From: an uncultured virus (IMG/VR IMGVR_UViG_2049941000_000086)
Lineage: Duplodnaviria; Heunggongvirae; Uroviricota; Caudoviricetes
IMG/VR virus record: IMGVR_UViG_2049941000_000086
DNA: 64,000 bases
Direction: 5' to 3' (one strand)
Shown in pieces: positions 50,211 through 57,282 of this stretch. The position numbers and the translations under genes were made by a program. A model generated the notes under the pieces. That model searched no databases, was not told where the DNA came from, and was given only the letters and a program-made list of their open reading frames with translations. Within the stretch, counting starts at the first letter, position 1. Each line of letters opens with the position of its first letter.

Positions 50211-50953
50211 CGCTCATGGGCGCGAGAATGACCTGTAATGTTGTGTCCTGTGCTATAAGGAACTGTTGTTGCTAGTAGTATTCCTTTGTATCCAGCAGTG
50301 TGTATATGGCGTTACAGGCCATTCTCCCGCCCGTGGGCGGTGTCCCCGGTCATCGTCGAAAGCTCGATGTTTTGTCATGCTGCGTTCTGTCCTCTGCCGA
50401 AGTGACATAGGCAAAAGTCAACTGTCTGCTGCGATTCCGTATCGTGCTTGGAGAGCATCAAGCCCTCGACGATGACCGGGGCGGTGATGTTTGTTCCGGG
50501 TTATGCTGTATTGTTCTGGTCTATCGCGTAATGACTTGTGCTGTGCTTTACTTTATTTTTCTGTACGGTCTGTGGTCGCTCCAGAGAGCGCCGGGAAAGG
50601 TTCTACCTTCTGTTATAGTGTGCTATCGTATAGTCTTGTCTTATAACCTGTTGTGAATTGACAAGTCCGCTGTTGCCATGATTGATACTGTTGAAAGTGA
50701 ATTTGTGATTTGAAGGGAGAGCCCTTCCCGGTGTCCTCTGTTTTGTGCTGTAATGCAGGATAGTAAAGCGTTCTCGGCTGTTACGTTCTGATTTGTACCG
50801 AAGTGCGATGCGCTTGCACGGCGAGTGCGCGGAACGCTCGTTTTGATTTATAGTGTGTTGTTATGTCTCACGCTGTTATTTCGTGAGTAAAGGTGTTCAA
50901 TCCGTTTTTGCAGGATTATTTGTTGGGAGCCGAACGCTCCGCGCACTCGCCGT
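50211..50953 (-). ncRNA. guide-RNA-like array: four ~27-30-bp stems and six tracts of NN+ACA-like pentamers
   Basis: Inverted repeats 50211-40/50310-39, 50344-72/50453-81, 50584-610/50712-38, 50818-44/50927-53; YGT-NN periodicity on the + strand; strand inferred from the flanking genes. Confidence 0.8.
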
Positions 50954-50959
50954 CAGAGT

Positions 50960-51466
50960 TCACGCCGTCTTGGATAGTTCCTCCACCGCCTCAATCAGCC
51001 GGGTCAGTTCCGCCCGGTCTTTGAGGATGCTGTATTTTCGCTGAAAAGCCAGCAGTTCACTCAGGGCTGATTGGAGAAGCCGCTGATATTCGTCGTCGTT
51101 GCGGACGGTGAATTCGATGGACCTGTACCCACGTTCCTCCTCGTTGCTTTCGGAATCAACGCCGCCGGACAGGTGGAATATCCTGACGGGTTCTGATACT
51201 TCGTCGTCGCTTTCTGCCGTTCGGATAATCAGGTGGTGGACGATGGTTCTTGCTTCCTGCTTGCGCCACTTTTCGGCGGCGGCATCGTTGTCCCATGTGA
51301 AGCACTTGTGAAGCTCCGTCGCTTCGTCCCGCGCTTTCTCTACGATTTGCTCCGGCGTTGCAGTGTCACCGATGCTTTTGATTTCCCGATAGACGCCCTG
51401 TGCGTTCGCTCCGTGGAACAGGCACTCAAAGCGCGGGTCCCAGCTCGCTATCAGTTCTCCCCTCAC
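50960..51466 (-). CDS. hypothetical protein upstream of the array (accessory candidate)
   Basis: TPEQIVEKARD..LHKCFTWDNDAAAEKWRKQEAR motif; GGAGG RBS. Confidence 0.75.
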   Translation of the reverse strand: MRGELIASWDPRFECLFHGANAQGVYREIKSIGDTATPEQIVEKARDEATELHKCFTWDNDAAAEKWRKQEARTIVHHLIIRTAESDDEVSEPVRIFHLSGGVDSESNEEERGYRSIEFTVRNDDEYQRLLQSALSELLAFQRKYSILKDRAELTRLIEAVEELSKTA

Positions 51467-51686
51467 TTTCTTCCTCCTTCTGAATCAGCCGATACCTGGC
51501 GTACCGGCAAGTATCGCCGTCGCTGTTCTTTCCTTCTTCCATCGTGGTGACGATGTTGTGGCCGAGCCTTTTCAAGTCGTAAATTCTTCCGGAAAGTCTG
51601 GTGCAACGAAAATGCTGGATGGCTTCCCAGCTCGTGATGCTTCCGTGCTCCTGAAGGTAGGCCAGGATCTTTTCGCTGTCGCTCAT
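51426..51686 (-). CDS. winged-HTH protein (HTH_39-like)
   Basis: ILAYL..GSITSWEA..CTRLSGRIYDLK..G..I..YARYRL. Confidence 0.75.
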   Translation of the reverse strand: MSDSEKILAYLQEHGSITSWEAIQHFRCTRLSGRIYDLKRLGHNIVTTMEEGKNSDGDTCRYARYRLIQKEEESEGRTDSELGPAL

Positions 51687-52306
51687 GCTGTCACCTCCAA
51701 TTTCTTCGCCGCCGATCTTTCCCGGTCCTTCGCCCGGATTTCCTCCCGGTGCTTCTCCCGCCATCGCCGCTTGTATTCCCTTATCTGCTCCTTGTGAGTG
51801 AGGCGGTACATTGCCCGGTAGGCAGCTATCTCGTCCTTGTGTTCCTCCGCATATCGGCGGAACCGTTCGGCGTACTGCTCCTTGTTTGCCTCGTAGTGCG
51901 CCTTGTGGTACTCCGCCAGTTCTTCCCGGTGGGTCTCGCGGTAAGTACGACCTCGCTCTTTCTCTTTCTCAGGTTCAGCTTCGCGCACTGCCTTTGCCCG
52001 CTCAAGCACGGTCTCACGATTGGCGGCGTACCATTCACGATGCTTGGCATTGATTTCCTCGCGGTGGGCTGCACGGTAGGCTTTCTTCTTCTCGTGGATC
52101 TCTTCCCGGTGATCGTTGTGATACTTCCGTGAGCGGAGCGCCGCTTTCGCCGCCTTGGGTTCTCTCCGCTCCTGGCGGATCTCCCAGTCCATTTGCCTCG
52201 CGGCTTCGTACTCTTCCCGGTCAAAGGCGAGCTGCCCTTCGATTTCCGCATCGTATGCCGCCAGTTCTTCCAGTTCTTCCGGGGTAAATGGGATTAAGGC
52301 ACTCAA
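51683..52306 (-). CDS. hypothetical protein with YxxxHREE helical repeats
   Basis: Repeated Y/W-x-x-x-H/N-R/K-E units. Confidence 0.65.
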   Translation of the reverse strand: MSALIPFTPEELEELAAYDAEIEGQLAFDREEYEAARQMDWEIRQERREPKAAKAALRSRKYHNDHREEIHEKKKAYRAAHREEINAKHREWYAANRETVLERAKAVREAEPEKEKERGRTYRETHREELAEYHKAHYEANKEQYAERFRRYAEEHKDEIAAYRAMYRLTHKEQIREYKRRWREKHREEIRAKDRERSAAKKLEVTA

Positions 52307-52464
52307 CCAAGAATCACCACCCCTCGGACGATCATCACCGCCGCAAACAGGAGCAGCCCCCACACGCCGCCGCAGATGNNNNNNNNNNNNNNNNNNNNNN
52401 NNNNNNNNNNNNNNNNNNNNNNNNNNNNNNNNNCATCAATGATGCGCTCTTCTTTGTCATTCAT
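52303..52464 (-). CDS. small membrane protein (N gap)
   Basis: Hydrophobic C-terminus; coupled to its neighbours. Confidence 0.45.
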   Translation of the reverse strand: MNDKEERIIDXXXXXXXXXXXXXXXXXXXICGGVWGLLLFAAVMIVRGVVILG

Positions 52465-53024
52465 TGCGCCACCGCCCTTGCTACCGCCGTCTTGGTGACG
52501 CGCCCTGCGGGGAAATCGTACCGGCGCTTCACGGTTCGTGGGTTCACACCGAGCCATTCCGCGNNNNNNNNNNTTTCGGAGTGAAGAATCAATTCACGCC
52601 CCGGAAATGCTCTATCAAGGCTGGCGAGCGCATCGTGAAATCCGGCGAACTTGCTGACGTCCACGTTTCTTTCTTTGCAAGGTTCTCTTGGTGATTGCGG
52701 CTTTCTGGCGCTTGGGTCTGGTATGAGACCCATTTTCATGGCGTGACGGACGTTTTCACTCGGCGTTACCCATTCCAGATTTGACACATTGTTATGGTCC
52801 TTAACGCCATCAATGTGGTTGACTTGCGGCTTGTTCTCCGGGTTTGGAATAAAGGCTTCGGCGACAAGACGATGAATGCCCTCCATCTTTATCCCGTCCC
52901 ATACAGTCCGGTATCCGCGCCGCCATCCAATAGTGGTCTCCGCTTCTACACCGTAAACGAGCTTTCTCACGGTCCCGTCTTCGTAAACCCGAAGTCTGTC
53001 TCCGCGCATGTCCTTGTATCTCAC
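52461..53024 (-). CDS. HNH endonuclease fused to an HTH-like C-terminus
   Basis: [40 protein letters not shown]. Confidence 0.75.
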   Translation of the reverse strand: MRYKDMRGDRLRVYEDGTVRKLVYGVEAETTIGWRRGYRTVWDGIKMEGIHRLVAEAFIPNPENKPQVNHIDGVKDHNNVSNLEWVTPSENVRHAMKMGLIPDPSARKPQSPREPCKERNVDVSKFAGFHDALASLDRAFPGRELILHSEXXXXAEWLGVNPRTVKRRYDFPAGRVTKTAVARAVAQ

Positions 53025-53242
53025 TCTTTTGCGTCCTCCCCTCTCATGAATCGGACGAACGCCCGCTTTGGAATCTTGACTCGGTTTCCTGCGATGATAG
53101 TACGGAACCCAAGGAGTTCTGGCCTCTCCCGCGCTTGCTGCCGGATGGTATCCGCATTGGCCCCAAGGATGTGAGCCACGTCAGCGCAAGTCAGAACTTC
53201 CGTAGGCATTGACTCGATCTGTTCAAGAGTTCGGGCTACCAT
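53021..53242 (-). CDS. excisionase-like HTH protein
   Basis: [25 protein letters not shown]. Confidence 0.7.
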   Translation of the reverse strand: MVARTLEQIESMPTEVLTCADVAHILGANADTIRQQARERPELLGFRTIIAGNRVKIPKRAFVRFMRGEDAKE

Positions 53243-53447
53243 CTGCGTCTTCCCCCATTCTCGAAACAAGCCTGTCCAAAGCGTCCCTCAACTTGGATTC
53301 TGCTTTCTGAGATACGGCCTTTCCGTGAAGAAGCTGGCTTACATATTTCGGGTTGAGTTTTGCTTCTTCTGCGACGTCCCGAATCTTCAACCCGGCGTTG
53401 TGTATGTCTCCGATGAGTTCGCCGGTCCACTGAGCAGGCATATTCAA
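53223..53447 (-). CDS. Cro-like HTH regulator
   Basis: DVAEEAKLNPKYVSQLLHG; GGAGG RBS; divergent from the repressor. Confidence 0.8.
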   Translation of the reverse strand: MNMPAQWTGELIGDIHNAGLKIRDVAEEAKLNPKYVSQLLHGKAVSQKAESKLRDALDRLVSRMGEDADGSPNS

Positions 53448-53472
53448 TCTAACCTCCTTCCACTTTTAATAC

Positions 53473-53501
53473 TTGACTTTGGTTAGGTGCTGGGTTAGAA
53501 T
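53473..53501 (+). promoter_or_regulatory. sigmaA-type promoter toward the repressor
   Basis: TTGACT-17 nt-TAGAAT. Confidence 0.6.
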
Positions 53502-53581
53502 AGCTATGCCAGTAACTAAATCTAAGCCCAGCGGCCTAACCATGTCCGGCTGTCTTCTTACCGATTTCAGCTTTCCCCTCC

Positions 53582-53609
53582 ATTATACTAACTTGGGTAA
53601 GAATTGCAA
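53582..53609 (-). promoter_or_regulatory. sigmaA-type promoter toward cro/lytic genes
   Basis: TTGCAA-16 nt-TATAAT on the minus strand. Confidence 0.6.
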
Positions 53610-53665
53610 GCCAAAAATCTTATTTTGGTTAGGTTCTACTTTCTGCACAAAAATGGGGGTGCGTT

Positions 53666-54190
53666 TTGGTGTTTTTTCACATATTCGGTGCATTGTGCGA
53701 GAGAAGTGGGGAGTCTAAGAGTGCTGCTGCAAAGGCGTGTGGTCTGAGCAATTCCACTGTTACTAAATGGAAGAAGACCCAGGCAGTACCTGAGTCTTCA
53801 ACGCTAATGAAGATTGCGGAGCACTTCGGCGTCACGATGGATTACCTTCTCGGTGCTACGCCGGAATCCTATCTACTCGGCACAGAGTATCAATTAAAGG
53901 AAGCTGAAAAGGCATACGGCAAAGAGACCGACCCAAATGAACGTGAAAGACTTGGCGGCCTAATTGACTTCTTGCGCGATTCCGTATCCGATCAACGAGC
54001 ATTGCTCTCTGCAACAAAAATACCCGCCACCGAAAGTGGTGACGGGAGTGATGATACTAGCGATAAGTCAGAACTCATGAATCTTTATGATTCTTTTGAT
54101 TCTTCCGATCGCGCTCGGCTTTTAGCATTCGCGCAAGGGCTAAGACTTTCTCGTATTCCTCATGAGAAAGTTCCTCCAAAAGACGCTTGA
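53666..54190 (+). CDS. CI-like XRE repressor
   Basis: AAKACGLSNSTVTKWKK..P..TLMKIAEHFGVTMDYLLG. Confidence 0.88.
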   Translation: MVFFHIFGALCERSGESKSAAAKACGLSNSTVTKWKKTQAVPESSTLMKIAEHFGVTMDYLLGATPESYLLGTEYQLKEAEKAYGKETDPNERERLGGLIDFLRDSVSDQRALLSATKIPATESGDGSDDTSDKSELMNLYDSFDSSDRARLLAFAQGLRLSRIPHEKVPPKDA

Positions 54191-54218
54191 ACTCGGTTCT
54201 CATTTCTTCATCGTTCAT
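54075..54218 (-). CDS. 47-aa antisense ORF overlapping the repressor 3' end (antirepressor candidate)
   Basis: AAAGGAGG RBS 7 nt before ATG; helical MNDEEMRTEFKRLLEELSHEEYEKVLALARMLKAE. Confidence 0.6.
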   Translation of the reverse strand: MNDEEMRTEFKRLLEELSHEEYEKVLALARMLKAERDRKNQKNHKDS

Positions 54219-54357
54219 AGCATTTCCTCCTTTGGTATTACTGTAACACGTTCCTTTGTCGAATAAGCTCAGAAGGTGTCTTAGCTTCGTTTGATTTTCT
54301 TGTAAACTGAGTATAGCACATACTGGTGTACGATTAAACGGACACCAAAAGACGCAT

Positions 54358-55554
54358 TTGCGTCGCTTGAAAGGTGGATTGTCGTTGGTCTGTATCAAAT
54401 GCGGGGCCGAAGTCGCTGATGCTCCATTCTGCGGTAAGTGCGGTGCAAGGCAAGAAAGAGTCGTGCCTAAATCCCGTGGCTTGAAAAAGCGTGGCAACGG
54501 CCAGGGTTGCGTTTACAAACTTCCGAACGGGAAGTATCAAGCTATCGTCACGCGGGGGTACGTTTTGGACGAGAACGGTAAGCGTCATTTGAGACGCCGG
54601 ACCAAGGTGTTTGACAAAAAGAAAGACGCTATCCTTGCTTTGCCAGACCTGATGCGTGAACGCCAATCCGAAACAGTACGTCTCTGGACGTTCAAGGAAG
54701 TATTCGATAAATGGATACCAACGCACAAGGCAGGAAAGTCTACCATAGGCAATTACAGCGCCGCCGTCAAATACTTTGACACTTTGTTCTTTGTCCCGTT
54801 TGCTGATATAGACATTGACGACTTGCAGGAGTGCATAGACGATTGCCCACGAGGGCGAAGGACAAAGGAAAACATGAGAGCTTGCGCAGGACTGATGTAT
54901 AAGTTTGCCATCCCGCGCCATGCCACGCGAGATAACCTAAACCTATCGGAATACCTGTCCGTTGACGGGGACGCTGCGGCACACCGGAGTTCGTTTGATG
55001 ACGCTCAGATACGTCAGATAATCAAAGCGGCGCAGAGCGGAACTGTACCCTACGCCGAAGAAGTTATGTGCTTGGTCTTCCTTGGATTTCGACCGTCAGA
55101 GTTTCTGGAACTCACCGATGAGAGCTACAACAAAGAAAAGAGGTGCCTTACGGGTGGAGCGAAGACAGAAGCCGGTAAGGGTCGAACTGTGACGGTCTCT
55201 CCTTTAATTCTGTCGTTCGTCGAATCAAGGGCTGAGAGCAAAGGTCCGCTATTCAGAAACCCGGATGGGAAAACTTGGGGGCTGAAGCACTTTACGGAGA
55301 AAGCCTTTTACCCGGCTCTTGAAGCCATTGGGATCGAGAACCCTATCGTCACCATCGGAGGAGGACTCAAACGCCATAAATATACCCCCCACTCCTGCCG
55401 ACACACCTTTGCCACATTGATGAAGAAGGTAGAAGGTGCGGAGAAAGACAAGTTGGAACTGATGGGGCACACGTCCGGCGAAATGCTCCGATACTACCAG
55501 GATGTTGGCGTGGAAGACCTCCGGAAAATCACCGACAACCTTTGGAAAGCCTGA
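54358..55554 (+). CDS. tyrosine integrase with N-terminal zinc ribbon (likely start TTG ~54385)
   Basis: CxxC..CxxC, RGNGQG arm-binding motif, GFRPSE, KTEAG, HSCRHT, MGH..YY. Confidence 0.93.
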   Translation: MRRLKGGLSLVCIKCGAEVADAPFCGKCGARQERVVPKSRGLKKRGNGQGCVYKLPNGKYQAIVTRGYVLDENGKRHLRRRTKVFDKKKDAILALPDLMRERQSETVRLWTFKEVFDKWIPTHKAGKSTIGNYSAAVKYFDTLFFVPFADIDIDDLQECIDDCPRGRRTKENMRACAGLMYKFAIPRHATRDNLNLSEYLSVDGDAAAHRSSFDDAQIRQIIKAAQSGTVPYAEEVMCLVFLGFRPSEFLELTDESYNKEKRCLTGGAKTEAGKGRTVTVSPLILSFVESRAESKGPLFRNPDGKTWGLKHFTEKAFYPALEAIGIENPIVTIGGGLKRHKYTPHSCRHTFATLMKKVEGAEKDKLELMGHTSGEMLRYYQDVGVEDLRKITDNLWKA

Positions 55555-55560
55555 TTTCTA

Positions 55561-55813
55561 TTATCGCAGCGTTATCGCATATTTCGGAGTAAGTACCCCG
55601 CAGGGCCTTATAATATAAAGCTCTGCGAGAAATAGCTTGTTGAATGGCATTCAAGAGGTCAGCGGTTCGATCCCGCTTATCTCCACCAGAGGGAAAAGCC
55701 CGGAAGTCTTTTATTTACAAGGCTTCCGGGCTTTTTCTATGTCCTAATTACTTACTGCCAAAATCCTGCCAAATCCATTAAAACCTTTTGCTACTATCGC
55801 AACGGTTATCGCA
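55561..55813 (+). mobile_element. attP region: core = 3' part of tRNA-Ala(GGC) at 55640-55688, flanked by TTATCGCA arm-type repeats
   Basis: TTGAATGGCATTCAAGAGGTCAGCGGTTCGATCCCGCTTATCTCCACCA with no tRNA 5' half; repeats at 55561, 55572, 55794, 55806. Confidence 0.85.
55693..55737. terminator. bidirectional terminator-like hairpin after the att core
   Basis: AAAAGCCCGGAAGTCTT / AAGGCTTCCGGGCTTTT. Confidence 0.7.
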
Positions 55814-55899
55814 CATTTTGTCCATATTCCCCTTGACTCCCAAAATTCTGTACCGGAACGAACCGGGGCAAGCGCCGAAAACGAAGGAAGGGGCTGGAA

Positions 55900-56202
55900 T
55901 CAACCAGTCCCTTCCTTTTTTGCTTTTTTCTTCCCAACCCTCAGAGAGCATATTTCCAATTTTGGGTTTATTCCCCATTCTTGGAGGAGGATTGTCTTGC
56001 GGGTGCTACTCAAGGGCTTAATACCTTTATCGCGCAGGATTCCCAAGCGCCGCTCGTGCTCGGCTTTGTCAAATCCGCATCCAACGCAGCCGCCGAGTCG
56101 GCTGCACTCACGCTCGTTTCGGACGCGGCCATTCTCTCCGCATAGGCAGTTTGGCTTGGGGGATGTCTCCACTTCGGTGTATTGCGGGATATAGATGCTC
56201 AT
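55900..56202 (-). CDS. Cys-rich hypothetical protein
   Basis: C..C..CVGCGF. Confidence 0.65.
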   Translation of the reverse strand: MSIYIPQYTEVETSPKPNCLCGENGRVRNERECSRLGGCVGCGFDKAEHERRLGILRDKGIKPLSSTRKTILLQEWGINPKLEICSLRVGKKKAKKEGTG

Positions 56203-56459
56203 TCGTCGTCACCGTCCTTTGTGGGATATTCAAAAGGGGGGAAGAAGTTCCGCCAGTCATGGCCGTTCAGGAAGTCGATGATCTCGTCTCGCTCCTTTTC
56301 CAGCCGCATAACTTCATCACGGATTTTCTCGGCTCTGACGGCCAGCGCCGCAACGACGGAATCAGGCAGAGCTTCGCAAAATAGTTTGCGCTTCCTTTCC
56401 TCGTCCGACAAATCTCTGTAGTCGGTAGAGACCAAATCATAATAATCTTTGCTGGGCAT
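56199..56459 (-). CDS. hypothetical protein
   Basis: GGAGG RBS at MPSKDYY. Confidence 0.6.
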   Translation of the reverse strand: MPSKDYYDLVSTDYRDLSDEERKRKLFCEALPDSVVAALAVRAEKIRDEVMRLEKERDEIIDFLNGHDWRNFFPPFEYPTKDGDDE

Positions 56460-56649
56460 GGCGCTGTTCCTCCCCTCTGGCGTTCCAGTCGCGGACCGCC
56501 TGCATCTTTCCACCGTTGACCCAAGGGTGATAGTTCTTGCAGTTCTTGCAGCCAACCCACCCGTGCGGGAACGGTTTATATACGTTCTTCTCCTGCCCCT
56601 TGGCTCCGCAGGCGGGGCAATCGTTCAAGGCGTATGATTGTCTTGACAT
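56437..56649 (-). CDS. Lar-like zinc-ribbon protein
   Basis: LNDCPACG..VGCKNC..AVRDWN. Confidence 0.6.
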   Translation of the reverse strand: MSRQSYALNDCPACGAKGQEKNVYKPFPHGWVGCKNCKNYHPWVNGGKMQAVRDWNARGEEQRHAQQRLL

Positions 56650-56786
56650 CTTCCGATGACTTCCTTTTCGATGACTTCAGCCGCCGCGCTGAGAACATCC
56701 GGTAGCGTGATGGGAACTTCCCAAAGGTTCGCCTCAGCCCACTCCGCGTATTCACGGAGCCGATCTACAAGTTCTTGCATAGACAT
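56625..56786 (-). CDS. hypothetical protein
   Basis: LREYAEWAEANLWEVPITL. Confidence 0.55.
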   Translation of the reverse strand: MSMQELVDRLREYAEWAEANLWEVPITLPDVLSAAAEVIEKEVIGRCQDNHTP

Positions 56787-56790
56787 ATCA

Positions 56791-57282
56791 TCACAACCCT
56801 TCCGGACGCTGAATCCCGATCTTCGCAAGCAGTTCCCAGTTGGCTGGCTTATACTCGTTGCACCATTTTTGTACTGTCGATTTGTGGACTCCTATGAGAT
56901 TTGCAATTTCCTCGTATGTGGCGTTGTTTTTTTCCTTGTATTCGACGATTGCCGCTCTCTGTCTTCCCTGTGCTTTCGCCTTGTATTCTTCAGAAGCAAT
57001 CCGCCTGCGGACACGCTCGCGGTCATAAGGCTTTACGTCCGGTGGTAGTTCTCTTCTCGGTCTTCCCTTTTTCTTCGGCTCCGGTGGATCAGGTTTCGCC
57101 TTTGCCGACGCCGCAAACAAGCTTGGGACATACCGTTTCTTGCTGCCAATCAGACGCTTGGTACACCCGTCGCCTGCGGGGCATCTGCGGGCTTTTCCGG
57201 CAACGTAGTTATAGTCGCAGCATTTGCCCTTCGAGGTTGTTCCAAGGTAAATACATCCCTTGCAGTATGCGTCAACCGGCAT
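56791..57282 (-). CDS. Cys-rich plus HTH protein
   Basis: CKGCIY..CCDY..CPAGDGCT; TYEEIANLIGVHKSTVQKW. Confidence 0.7.
   Translation of the reverse strand: MPVDAYCKGCIYLGTTSKGKCCDYNYVAGKARRCPAGDGCTKRLIGSKKRYVPSLFAASAKAKPDPPEPKKKGRPRRELPPDVKPYDRERVRRRIASEEYKAKAQGRQRAAIVEYKEKNNATYEEIANLIGVHKSTVQKWCNEYKPANWELLAKIGIQRPEGL

Noticed and set aside
50658..50690. TTGACA as a plus-strand promoter within the array
   Set aside because: There is no good -10 at 16-18 nt spacing, and it fits the pentamer register.
50211..50953. Classical CRISPR array next to the Cas7-like gene
   Set aside because: There are no identical direct repeats with spacers; the structure is unrelated stems plus 5-nt periodicity.
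50266..51044. Plus-strand ORFs 50266-50475, 50444-50656 and 50853-51044
   Set aside because: They have no RBS and are Cys/Val/Leu-rich as a by-product of the TGT periodicity.
55640..55688. Functional tRNA-Ala gene
   Set aside because: The 5' acceptor strand and D arm are absent; interpreted as the att core.
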